Assembly (NCBI GenBank): GCA_016214555.1
Contig: JACROF010000004.1
Location: 276 to 64,275 of the forward strand
Direction of reading: 5' to 3'
DNA length: 64,000 nt
Source of the DNA: Candidatus Levyibacteriota bacterium
Lineage (GTDB): Bacteria > Patescibacteriota > Microgenomatia > Levybacterales > UBA12049
The notes below the pieces were generated by a model. That model did not search any database. It was not told the origin of the DNA and saw nothing but the letters and a program-made list of their open reading frames with translations. The translations under genes were made by a program, and so were the position numbers. Below, piece after piece: positions 1 to 9,269 of this stretch (positions are counted from its first letter, which is position 1; each line of letters begins with the position of its first letter).

Positions 1-24
1 CATGATCTCGCCGCATTTACTGCA

Positions 25-558
25 TTGAGCTATGTTATGGTCACTACTCCTTTCAAAGAAATTACTCTTGCTACAGCAATTGTTGCGTTTACGGCAAATA
101 TGGTTGGAGGATTGGCTCCAGACCTTGATCAATCGACAGCAAGTCTTTGGCATAGAGTAAGAGGAGGAAGTATGTTGGGGAAAATTATAGCACCACTTTT
201 GGGAGGACATCGCTTTCTTTCTCATTCGTTAGTTGGCATTTTTATTGCAGGAATTTTAGCTCGTATGTTTTTACAAGTTGCTAGTTCTGTTCTTTATGTT
301 GACATTGATATCGTATGGTGGGCATTTATGATTGGGTTCATATCCCATCTTTTTATGGATCTATTTACTCATGATGGGATACCATTATTATTTCCTATTC
401 CACTAAAATTAGGAATTCCACCATTGAGTTTTTTGCGCATTAAAACAGGAGGTTTGGTTGAAAAATCTTTCGTATTTCCTGTTCTTCTTTTTATTACGAT
501 TTGCCTCTATTATTTTAATTATCATGATGTATTACATATACTGCGTAATTTATCCTAA
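25..558 (+). CDS. Membrane-bound metal-dependent hydrolase (YdjM/DUF457-like); may be 5'-truncated at the window edge
   Basis: Multi-TM protein with His-rich motifs (HRFLSHSLVG, HLFMDLFTHDG) typical of LexA-regulon YdjM-type hydrolases. The ORF starts at a TTG and the frame is open back to position 1. Confidence 0.4.
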   Translation: MSYVMVTTPFKEITLATAIVAFTANMVGGLAPDLDQSTASLWHRVRGGSMLGKIIAPLLGGHRFLSHSLVGIFIAGILARMFLQVASSVLYVDIDIVWWAFMIGFISHLFMDLFTHDGIPLLFPIPLKLGIPPLSFLRIKTGGLVEKSFVFPVLLFITICLYYFNYHDVLHILRNLS

Positions 559-577
559 GTCATAATACAATCATCAT

Positions 578-1762
578 ATGCTACAGACACTTAAAAACTA
601 TTACCACCTGATTCAGGGAGTTGTTGCTGTTTCATTTCGTATGAATCCAACTCGTGGAATGACAGTTATAGGTGTTACGGGTACCGATGGGAAGACGACA
701 ACTTCCAGCCTTATCTACCACATACTAACAAAGATAGGTTATAAAGTAGCACTTATTTCAACAATTGGTGCATATATTGATGGAAAAAAGTTAGATACAG
801 GTCTTCATGTATCGACCCCCAACAGTTTTCAACTTCAGAGATATATAACTTTAGCAAAAGAAAAAGGAGTAACTCATATCATACTTGAAGTGACATCTCA
901 CGCAATTGACCAACATAGAATTTATGGCATTCCATTTGACATTGGTGTAGTTACCAACATAACAAGAGAGCATCTGGATTATCACAAGTCAATGAAAAGA
1001 TATATGGAAACCAAAGCAAAGTTGTTACAAAAATCACGTGTCGCTATCCTTAATAAGGACGATGGTTCCTATATCTTCCTTAAGCAAAGGCTGGCAGGAC
1101 ATAGGATAATTACATACGGACTTGAAGATGCTGAAGTTACTCCAAAAAATCATCCATTCAAGCAAAAACATGTAGGGTTATTTCATACCTATAACTCACT
1201 TGCAGCGCTTTCAGTGTGTGATGAAATTGGTGTTGATCCTAAAGCAGCTGCAGAAGCGCTTGAAAGTTTTAATCTGCCCGAGGGGAGATCGGAAGTTGTT
1301 TATAGAAATGGATTCACCATTATAATCGATTTTGCTCACACACCTCAGGCCATTGAAAGCGTTCTTTCGGCAATTAATGCTCAAAAAAAAGGTGGGCGTC
1401 TAATTCATGTGTTTGGGTGCGCAGGTGAGCGAGACAAGGGCAAAAGACCTTTAATGGGATCAGCTTCAGCAAAGTATGCGGATTGCATTATTCTTACCTC
1501 AGAAGATCCAAGATCTGAAGATGCAAACGAAATAGCAAATGAGATTAGGAAAGGAGTTCCAGATGGGAAAGATGTTATTACAGAGATTGATCGGGGAAAA
1601 GCGATAGAAAAAGCAATTTCTAAAGCGAAAAAGGGTGATGTTATTATTGTTACTGGCAAAGGCCATGAGAAGTCCATAAACTTTGGTAAAGGTGAAATAG
1701 GTTGGAGTGAGCATAAAGCGGTTGAGAATGCCCTTTTATCACAAGGAATCGTAAAGAAATAA
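578..1762 (+). CDS. murE: Mur ligase, MurE-like (UDP-MurNAc-tripeptide synthetase), lacking the usual N-terminal domain 1
   Basis: P-loop GVTGTDGKTTT within 40 residues of the start. MurE hallmarks GCAGERDKGKRPLMG and TSEDPRSED. Only 394 aa, against about 490 for a typical MurE. Confidence 0.7.
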   Translation: MLQTLKNYYHLIQGVVAVSFRMNPTRGMTVIGVTGTDGKTTTSSLIYHILTKIGYKVALISTIGAYIDGKKLDTGLHVSTPNSFQLQRYITLAKEKGVTHIILEVTSHAIDQHRIYGIPFDIGVVTNITREHLDYHKSMKRYMETKAKLLQKSRVAILNKDDGSYIFLKQRLAGHRIITYGLEDAEVTPKNHPFKQKHVGLFHTYNSLAALSVCDEIGVDPKAAAEALESFNLPEGRSEVVYRNGFTIIIDFAHTPQAIESVLSAINAQKKGGRLIHVFGCAGERDKGKRPLMGSASAKYADCIILTSEDPRSEDANEIANEIRKGVPDGKDVITEIDRGKAIEKAISKAKKGDVIIVTGKGHEKSINFGKGEIGWSEHKAVENALLSQGIVKK

Positions 1763-3186
1763 TGAAAAAAGTACGATCAATTCATTTTGTTGGAATAAAA
1801 GGTGTTGGTCTGACGCCACTTGCAATCATTGCCAAACAGGCAGGGATTAGCGTGACGGGGAGTGATGTTAGTGAGGAATTTATTACAAGCAAAACACTTG
1901 AGGAGTGTGGTATCACTATCTACAATGGTTTTTCACCTGATCATGTATCGCCAACTATTGATCTTGTTATTACTACAGGAGCACATGACGGTTTGCAAAA
2001 TGTTGAGGTTCTTGAGGCAATAAAACAACGAATTCCTGTTATGACAAAAGGGCAAGCGGTTGGTGAGTTTATGAAAGGAGAGATCGTGGGGAGGTCGTTT
2101 TCAGGAATCGCTATCGCTGGATCTCATGGAAAGACTACTACAACTGCGATGCTTACAATGCTGTTGCAATCTAACGGATTGGATCCAACATACACAGTTG
2201 GAACTGGATCATTGGGTGATGGGATTCCTCCAGGACACCTTGGGAAAGGAAAATACTTCGTTGCAGAATCAGATGAATACGCAACAGATCCGCAAACCGA
2301 TCATAAGCCTCAATTTATGTGGCTAAAGCCTGAGATAATTGTTTTAACAAATATCGAACATGATCACCCCGATCTTTATCCTACGATCGAAGATGTAGAA
2401 ATGGCATTTTCTAATTTTAGTACAAATATAACACCAAACGGTTTTATTATTGGGAATGGTGATGATGCTCGAGTAGCAAAAATATTAGCAAGGCATATAG
2501 GGAAGGGGATCTCATTTGGGTTTTCAGAAAAAAATGATTACGTTTTGCACAGAATTCACACTTCGGGATCTCAAACTTTTTTTCATGTGCGTTCAAAAGG
2601 TACTGAGCTTGGAGAATTTAGATTATCTGTTGCAGGTCAACATAATGCCATGAATGCGTTAGCAGCAGCAATTGTTGGATTGGAAGTCGGGCTTTCTTTG
2701 GAAAAAGTAAAAAAGGGCCTTTCTGAATTTAAAGGATCAAAAAGAAGACTAGAATTTAAAGGCCAATTGATAACGGGCGCGTACGTTTTTGACGACTATG
2801 CTCATCATCCAACTGAAATTAAAGCTACACTTCGTGCGTTAAGGGATAGTTATCCAAAACACTCACTCGTTGCTATTTTTCAACCTCATACTTATTCGCG
2901 AACAAAGGCTTTTATAGAGGATTTTGTCACTTGTTTCGATGAGGCAGAAAGTGTCATGTTAGTTGATATTTTTTCTTCTGCAAGAGAGCAAAAAGACGAT
3001 ACAGTAAATTCAGAACTTCTAGCTAAAAAAATTTCATTGCGTCATCCTTCATCAATTTTTGTTCCCGACATGAACCTCCTTCCATCAATCCTTTCTCATC
3101 AAAGATTAAGAGACAATGTTGTGGTTGTAGTTATGGGAGCAGGTAATATATATAAAATAATTGATAACCTACCATTGGTTTCTTAG
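1762..3186 (+). CDS. murC: UDP-N-acetylmuramate--L-alanine ligase
   Basis: IHFVGIKGVGLTPLA...SGSD N-terminal Rossmann domain, IAIAGSHGKTTTTAM P-loop and DDYAHHPTEI motif. Start ATG overlaps the murE stop (TAATG). Confidence 0.9.
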   Translation: MKKVRSIHFVGIKGVGLTPLAIIAKQAGISVTGSDVSEEFITSKTLEECGITIYNGFSPDHVSPTIDLVITTGAHDGLQNVEVLEAIKQRIPVMTKGQAVGEFMKGEIVGRSFSGIAIAGSHGKTTTTAMLTMLLQSNGLDPTYTVGTGSLGDGIPPGHLGKGKYFVAESDEYATDPQTDHKPQFMWLKPEIIVLTNIEHDHPDLYPTIEDVEMAFSNFSTNITPNGFIIGNGDDARVAKILARHIGKGISFGFSEKNDYVLHRIHTSGSQTFFHVRSKGTELGEFRLSVAGQHNAMNALAAAIVGLEVGLSLEKVKKGLSEFKGSKRRLEFKGQLITGAYVFDDYAHHPTEIKATLRALRDSYPKHSLVAIFQPHTYSRTKAFIEDFVTCFDEAESVMLVDIFSSAREQKDDTVNSELLAKKISLRHPSSIFVPDMNLLPSILSHQRLRDNVVVVVMGAGNIYKIIDNLPLVS

Positions 3187-3222
3187 TTTTGAGATCAAAC
3201 AAAAATCAAGTATAATAAACGA

Positions 3223-4545
3223 ATGAAAAATTTTGTGATCACTGGTGGAAACAGACTTAATGGTACAACAATTATTTCAGGCGCAAAGAACGTTAGTTTA
3301 AAAGTGCTTGTTGCTGCTTGTCTTACCGATGAGGAAGTAATAATTCACAATATTCCCTTAATTTCTGATGTCATGGTAATGCTTGATATTATTCGAGAAT
3401 TGGGCGGTGAGGTACACCTAGAAGAGCATACTGTTAAGATCAAGATGGAGCATTTTGCAACTGACACTATTACTCTTGACAGGGCATCGCATATCAGAAC
3501 ATCATCAATGTTTTTGGCTCCTCTTCTTATCAGAAATCATAGTGCGATTATTCCAAATCCAGGAGGTTGTCGTATAGGAGCACGTCCAATTGACTGGACT
3601 ATAGAGGGGTTAAAGCTTATGGGAGCTGATATTGATTACGAAAGTCTTGACGGATATTTTCATGCTCGTGCAGAAAAGCTAGAGGGAATAACATACCGTT
3701 TTAAAAAAAATACCCACACAGGTACTGAGACATTAATACTTGCTAGTGTTTGTGCAAATGGAAAGACAATATTAGAGAATGCAGCATTAGAACCCGAAGT
3801 CGATGAGTTAATAACATTCCTCAATACGATGGGAGCATCAATTAAGCGAACAGGAGAGAGGACAATAGAAATTGAGGGAGTTGAAAAACTTCATAGCACC
3901 TCCTTTACTATATCAGCTGACCGAAATGAGATAGTTACTTTTGCAATTGCAGCCTATGTAACACAGGGGGATATTTTTGTTTCTGGTGCGAAAAGAAAAG
4001 ATATAGATATTTTCCTAGACAAACTTGATGAAGTTGGTGCTGCATACGAAGAAAAAGAAGATGGAATAAGGTTTTACCATACGGGGGGACTTAGGGCAAC
4101 TGATGTTATCACTGCACCTTATCCCGGATTCATGACAGATTGGCAAGCACCATGGGCAGTGTTGATGAGTGTCTGCAGTGGAAAGGCATCAATACATGAG
4201 GCAGTTTTTTCTAATAGATTTGGATATGTAAAAGAGTTGCGAAAAATGGGTGCAAAAATTTCGTTCTACCATCCGCATGTAGAAAATCCTTCAAATTTTT
4301 ATAATTTTGATGTGGATGTAAATGAAAAAAATCCTCATGCTATTTATATTGAGGGGCCAGTTAAGCTCCATGATGCTATTGTATCTATCTCAGATCTTCG
4401 TGCAGGTGCTTCGTTGGTGCTTGCAGCATTAGCAGCAACCGGAGAAACAGTGATCCATGGTGTAGAGTTGATTGACAGGGGTTATGAAGATTTTCAAGAG
4501 CGATTGTCACATCTTGGGGCAAGGATTAGGAGAGAAGATGAATAG
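3223..4545 (+). CDS. murA: UDP-N-acetylglucosamine 1-carboxyvinyltransferase
   Basis: ISGAKNVSLKVLVAACL, PGGCRIGARPID and the double EPSP-synthase fold layout. Full length, 440 aa. Confidence 0.9.
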   Translation: MKNFVITGGNRLNGTTIISGAKNVSLKVLVAACLTDEEVIIHNIPLISDVMVMLDIIRELGGEVHLEEHTVKIKMEHFATDTITLDRASHIRTSSMFLAPLLIRNHSAIIPNPGGCRIGARPIDWTIEGLKLMGADIDYESLDGYFHARAEKLEGITYRFKKNTHTGTETLILASVCANGKTILENAALEPEVDELITFLNTMGASIKRTGERTIEIEGVEKLHSTSFTISADRNEIVTFAIAAYVTQGDIFVSGAKRKDIDIFLDKLDEVGAAYEEKEDGIRFYHTGGLRATDVITAPYPGFMTDWQAPWAVLMSVCSGKASIHEAVFSNRFGYVKELRKMGAKISFYHPHVENPSNFYNFDVDVNEKNPHAIYIEGPVKLHDAIVSISDLRAGASLVLAALAATGETVIHGVELIDRGYEDFQERLSHLGARIRREDE

Positions 4546-5305
4546 TAATTATTCTGATCGAAAAATTGCGGCAATAATACTTGCTGCTGGAGAAGGAAAG
4601 CGAATGCGAAGCGAAACAGGTGAGAACAAAGTGATTTCATTATTGGCTAACAAGCCAATGATAGTTCACATTGTTGAATTTATGAGTAAAATTGCTATTG
4701 ATCAAATTATAGTCGTTGTTGGTCATGCTAAAGATTCGGTTAAAAAAGCCCTTCATGGATATAACGTTTCGTATGCTGTGCAAGTTGAGCAGCATGGAAC
4801 GGGTGATGCGGTGAAAGTTGCGCTTACATCTTTGTTGTCAGATATTACAGATGTGGTTGTTGTTTATGGAGATGATGCAGTATTGTATAGCAAGGAAAAT
4901 ACTATGCTGTTCTCAGATCTTATTAAAAGTCATATCAGTCATCAGACGGCTGTGACTTTTTTGACTATAGAGCAAGAGAATCCATTTGGACTTGGTAGAA
5001 TCTTAAGGGATAGGGAAAATCGTGTGGTAGGGATTGTGGAGGAGAAGGATGCGACAGAAGAGCAGAAGAGAATTACTGAAATTAATCCAGGAAGCTTTGT
5101 GTTTAGTGTTGATTTTCTCAAAAAGTATCTCCCTTTGATTCAAAAAAGTGAAGCCACTGGTGAATATTACTTAACAAGTCTTATTGATATTGCGCTAGAA
5201 AATGGAGAGAGAGTTGAGGCCATTAAAGGTGGAGCTATTCCTTGGAGAGGAGTAAATACACCTGAAGAGCTTGTCATGGCTGAAAAACTTATGTCAAAAG
5301 AATAG
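4538..5305 (+). CDS. GlmU-like sugar-1-phosphate nucleotidyltransferase domain only (no LbetaH acetyltransferase domain)
   Basis: ILAAGEGKRMRS and IVEEKDATEEQKRITEINPG align closely with the E. coli GlmU N-terminal domain (LAAGKGTRM..., [20 protein letters not shown]). An SD (AGGAGAG) sits 8 nt upstream of an ATG that overlaps the murA stop. The ORF ends after about 255 aa. Confidence 0.8.
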   Translation: MNSNYSDRKIAAIILAAGEGKRMRSETGENKVISLLANKPMIVHIVEFMSKIAIDQIIVVVGHAKDSVKKALHGYNVSYAVQVEQHGTGDAVKVALTSLLSDITDVVVVYGDDAVLYSKENTMLFSDLIKSHISHQTAVTFLTIEQENPFGLGRILRDRENRVVGIVEEKDATEEQKRITEINPGSFVFSVDFLKKYLPLIQKSEATGEYYLTSLIDIALENGERVEAIKGGAIPWRGVNTPEELVMAEKLMSKE

Positions 5306-5307
5306 AT

Positions 5308-5760
5308 ATGAATATAGTTATCCAAGAACTTAAAACATTTACTAAAGAAGAGGCTGATAGCATAAGAAAGTTAGCAAAGATGATTGGTCATAATTATAAA
5401 GAATTAACAGATGCTGATCTTTGGGAAATTGTTGATTCTCAAAATACATATCTATTTATAGCAAGAGAGATAGAAAGCAATAGTATTGTTGGAATGGCTT
5501 TGTTGCTTGTCTATCGCATCCCTTATGTTCGTAAAGCGTACCTTGATGACCTTGTGGTTGATGAAGAACATCGTGGTCGGGGGATAGGGTCACAGCTTCT
5601 TCAGAAAGTAGTCGACACTGCAAGAGAAAAGAAGGCCGCATATTTAGACTTCTCATCAAGGCCTCGACGAGAAGAGGGAAATAATTTGTATGAAAAATTT
5701 GGATTTGTAAAGCGAGATGCGAATGTTTATCGTCAGGTAATCGATTATGGAGAAGTCTAA
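5308..5760 (+). CDS. GNAT-family N-acetyltransferase
   Basis: Acetyl-CoA binding motif VDEEHRGRGIGSQLLQKVV, 150 aa. Confidence 0.7.
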   Translation: MNIVIQELKTFTKEEADSIRKLAKMIGHNYKELTDADLWEIVDSQNTYLFIAREIESNSIVGMALLLVYRIPYVRKAYLDDLVVDEEHRGRGIGSQLLQKVVDTAREKKAAYLDFSSRPRREEGNNLYEKFGFVKRDANVYRQVIDYGEV

Positions 5761-6406
5761 GAAAATTGTTTTTTTTGATATTGATTATACTCTTTTCGAT
5801 ACTGACGCTTACCGAAGAATTTTGTACCCAAGGCTCGCTCATGAACTAGGTATAGATGAGGAATTGCTTAAAATTTTCCGTCGAGAGTTTGAGCCTGAAA
5901 TGAAAAAAAAATTCGGTCATTTCAGTCCAACATTTTTTTTACAAAAAATATTACCTCTTGCTAAAAAAAATACTTCACTTGAGGCTTTAGAGCAGATCTT
6001 TTGGGATAAAGCAATATATGCTAGCGTACTAGATAGCAAAGGGAAAGAGCTTTTTGAGCAATTAACAAATAAAAATGTTACTATTGGTTTGTTATCAACT
6101 GGTGATACAAAACACCAACTGGCAAAAATAGACTCATTACTCACATTTCTTCCTAGTGATCATCACCATATCTTTTCAAATAAAATCGAATCTCTTGAAA
6201 CTGTACTTGAAAAATATCATGAATTTAAGATATATATAATTGATGATCTTCCTGAAGTTTTGCATGCAGTTAAGCAGTTAAATCCAAATGTCATAACGAT
6301 TTTTAAAAAAACAAACAAAGTTTTTGAATCAACAAATACAATTCAAAATTTTAATCCAGATTTTGAAATTGATGATTTAATGGAGATTTTGGAAATCGTT
6401 ATGTAA
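5747..6406 (+). CDS. HAD-superfamily hydrolase (phosphatase or phosphomutase fold)
   Basis: Motif I FFDIDYTLFD (DxDxT), motif II LLSTGD and motif IV IIDDLPE. Confidence 0.6.
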   Translation: MEKSKKIVFFDIDYTLFDTDAYRRILYPRLAHELGIDEELLKIFRREFEPEMKKKFGHFSPTFFLQKILPLAKKNTSLEALEQIFWDKAIYASVLDSKGKELFEQLTNKNVTIGLLSTGDTKHQLAKIDSLLTFLPSDHHHIFSNKIESLETVLEKYHEFKIYIIDDLPEVLHAVKQLNPNVITIFKKTNKVFESTNTIQNFNPDFEIDDLMEILEIVM

Positions 6407-6414
6407 TAAGTATT

Positions 6415-9225
6415 ATGTGTGGAATTTTTGGTTATGTTGGTAAAAAAAATACTGCCTCTTCACTTATTCTTTCTGGTCTCAAACTCCTTGAATATCGTGG
6501 TTATGATTCGTGGGGAATTGCTGTCGCATCTGAAAAAGGGATTGTAACTCAAAAGGAAATTGGAAAGATTGGTCATATAACCCTCAAAATGCCAAAAAGC
6601 AATATTGGTATTGGCCATACTCGTTGGGCGACTCATGGGGGGGTAACTAAGGCAAATGCTCATCCTCATCATGATTGCAACAATGAAATTGCAATTATTC
6701 ATAATGGGATTATTGAAAACTATCTTCAAATAAAAGAGAGTCTCTTAAAAAAGAATCACGTTTTTTTATCAGAGACTGATACGGAAGTAGTTCCTCACTT
6801 AATTGAAGAATACATTTCATCAGGAAAAAGTTTTGTAGAGGCATTTAGAAAAGCATGTCTTGAGTGTAGGGGCCTGAATGCAATTGTGGCTTTTAGTGCA
6901 AAAACAAATGAAATAATCGCTGCCAAAACAGGTTCTCCTCTTATCATAGGTTTTGGGGAAAATGAATATTTTATTGCCTCTGATGCATCTGGAATAGTTG
7001 GTCATACCAAGAAACTAATTTTTATGGAAGATGATCAGATGGTTTTGTTGAATGATGAAATTTTACTTTTTTCATTAAAAGATGGAAAGAAAAAAAATCT
7101 TTCCATTGAGGAGGTTGATTGGAAAATAGATGATGTTAAGAAGGGTCAGTATCCCCATTTTATGATAAAAGAAATAATAGAACAGTCTGCGATTATTCAA
7201 AATATTGCAACAACATATGATGATCAGATTAAAGACATGGCAAAACTTATTGACAAAGCTTTCGGAACCTTTTTAATTGGAGCAGGTACCGCATATTTTG
7301 CAACACTTGCAGGAACATATCTTTTTTCAAAAATTGCACATAAGCATGTTAATACAGCTCCTGCGTCTGAATTTAATTATCTTGAAGATTTTATTACAAA
7401 AAAAAGTCTCATTATTGCTCTGTCACAATCCGGTGAAACAATAGATGTTATTGAGCCACTGAATCGTGCAAGAGATAAAGGTAGTACAATTGCTTCTCTT
7501 GTCAATGTATTAGGATCATCAATTTATCGAATGTCTGATAGAAAGATTTTACTTGGGGTTGGTCCAGAAAAAGCTGTCGCCTCGACAAAGGCATATACTG
7601 CGAAATTAAGTATGCTTATCCTGTTATCATATGCGCTTGTCAATAATGTTAAAGAAGGAAAAAAAGAGTTGCTCCTTGCAGCTAAAGAAATTAAGAAAAT
7701 TATGGATAATAGATCAGCCCTTGATAGTCTTGCAGATAAGGTCAAAAATACGGACCATATTTACCTTGTTGGGAGAGGAAAATCTTATGCCACAGCTCTT
7801 GAAGGCGCATTAAAAATAAAAGAAGTTAGCTATATTCATGCAGAAGGCATGGCGGGCGGAGAATTAAAACATGGTCCAATAGCACTTATTACCAAGGGTA
7901 CTCCCTGCATTGTTATCGCACCTGATGATGAGACGTATGATGCGATTATCTCTAATGCAATGGAAATTAAGGCGCGAGGAGGGTATATTATTGGGATTGC
8001 TGCAAGAAAAGAATTGGTTTTTGATACATGGATTCCCGTAAAGGACTGTGGTAATGCTTCGGTTATTTCCCATGTTGTCCCATTGCAGTATCTAGCATAC
8101 GCTTTGGCTTTAGCTTTTATTGTTTGGTCGTTACGATCTACTTTTTATTGGGTAGATTTTTGGGATCAGCATGCATACCAGAACTTTTCTTTAACAAAAA
8201 TTACATACGCGTTATTTAGCTCAGTATTTTCTGCATCAAATATAGTTTCTTGGCTTACTGTTGTTCTTGTTCTTGTATTTCTTATTAACGATACCCATGC
8301 AATTTTTTCTGAGATAGCGATATCTATCTTGATGGTTGGAAAAACACTGTATGTCCTATTTAGCGAGAAGAAAAGGTTTTTTCCAACAAATTTTTATTTA
8401 TGGAAAAAAAGCGTAATGGTATTAATCAGTCTTTTTTTGATATCTCTCGCTTTTACTTTTCCACTCGCAGAGAGATTTGTTTGGATATTATTTATCGATC
8501 GAATTCTTTTTTTAATCGTACTCCTAGCATTGACAATTAGTTTTTTTCCAATAGAGATCTACTCAGATGTTAAAGTGACGAAAGCTGCATCGCACATAAC
8601 AAAAATTAAGCATTTATCTTCAATAATTTTTGTAGGCGATAACTCATCCGAAACTGTTTCATTGTCATTATCTCTTTTAAAAGATGATTTTAACGTATTA
8701 CCTCTTTATGCTTCGTCTCCTCAAAGGCCAGAAGTTTTTGATCAAATAACTTCACAGGTTAGTTTTAACACAGAGTTACTTTTACTTTCAGTGGATGATG
8801 CGCACATTGATAACCTTTTATTGTTAATGCAGGAATTACATCCATTATTTCTTTTTCTTCCGGTGGAATATGTAGGAAATGAAAAATATATGAGACGCCT
8901 TCATAGTGAGGTAGCAACTCGGAGTACAAAAATTATTCTTCATGGAAATGATTTTCTTGTCAAAAAAGTATTACATATAGCAAATTCTAGGAAAAATGTG
9001 TCAATCAAAACTGAAATTGTTGCAAAAGCAATTAAATTGCATAAGAGAAAGGATACAAACACAATAGACGTTATTTTAGGTTCAAGAACGATACAGCTAC
9101 CTATTAGTTTTGATGAAACATTTATCAATCAATCTTTTCTTCCCGCAATTTTTCTCTCTGATGAGATGGGTGTTTCTGACAAGAAGATAAAAACTTCTTT
9201 AAAATCCTATTTTCTTACAGATTGA
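6415..9225 (+). CDS. glmS: Glutamine--fructose-6-phosphate aminotransferase (GlmS) fused in frame to about 4 TM helices and a C-terminal soluble domain of about 235 aa
   Basis: MCGIFGY N-terminal nucleophile Cys, class II glutaminase and two SIS domains run up to ...VPLQYLAYALALAF. The frame then continues through a hydrophobic stretch and a soluble tail with no stop codon until 9225. Confidence 0.75.
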   Translation: MCGIFGYVGKKNTASSLILSGLKLLEYRGYDSWGIAVASEKGIVTQKEIGKIGHITLKMPKSNIGIGHTRWATHGGVTKANAHPHHDCNNEIAIIHNGIIENYLQIKESLLKKNHVFLSETDTEVVPHLIEEYISSGKSFVEAFRKACLECRGLNAIVAFSAKTNEIIAAKTGSPLIIGFGENEYFIASDASGIVGHTKKLIFMEDDQMVLLNDEILLFSLKDGKKKNLSIEEVDWKIDDVKKGQYPHFMIKEIIEQSAIIQNIATTYDDQIKDMAKLIDKAFGTFLIGAGTAYFATLAGTYLFSKIAHKHVNTAPASEFNYLEDFITKKSLIIALSQSGETIDVIEPLNRARDKGSTIASLVNVLGSSIYRMSDRKILLGVGPEKAVASTKAYTAKLSMLILLSYALVNNVKEGKKELLLAAKEIKKIMDNRSALDSLADKVKNTDHIYLVGRGKSYATALEGALKIKEVSYIHAEGMAGGELKHGPIALITKGTPCIVIAPDDETYDAIISNAMEIKARGGYIIGIAARKELVFDTWIPVKDCGNASVISHVVPLQYLAYALALAFIVWSLRSTFYWVDFWDQHAYQNFSLTKITYALFSSVFSASNIVSWLTVVLVLVFLINDTHAIFSEIAISILMVGKTLYVLFSEKKRFFPTNFYLWKKSVMVLISLFLISLAFTFPLAERFVWILFIDRILFLIVLLALTISFFPIEIYSDVKVTKAASHITKIKHLSSIIFVGDNSSETVSLSLSLLKDDFNVLPLYASSPQRPEVFDQITSQVSFNTELLLLSVDDAHIDNLLLLMQELHPLFLFLPVEYVGNEKYMRRLHSEVATRSTKIILHGNDFLVKKVLHIANSRKNVSIKTEIVAKAIKLHKRKDTNTIDVILGSRTIQLPISFDETFINQSFLPAIFLSDEMGVSDKKIKTSLKSYFLTD

Positions 9226-9269
9226 GACGTTGATTGATCTGTTGTAAAAGGGAGAGTATAATATCTTCT

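Noticed and set aside
1405-1714. Minus-strand ORFs (90 and 71 aa) inside murE
   Set aside because: Fully embedded antisense to a strongly motif-supported gene. Low-complexity translation. Judged to be shadow ORFs.
2126-2326. 66-aa + ORF inside murC in another frame
   Set aside because: Overlapped by murC, which is supported by conserved motifs.
4472-4537. Long form of the glmU-N ORF
   Set aside because: It overlaps the murA C-terminus. The internal ATG has a strong SD.
5456-5842. 128-aa minus-strand ORF across the GNAT/HAD junction
   Set aside because: Antisense to two plausible genes. No motif.
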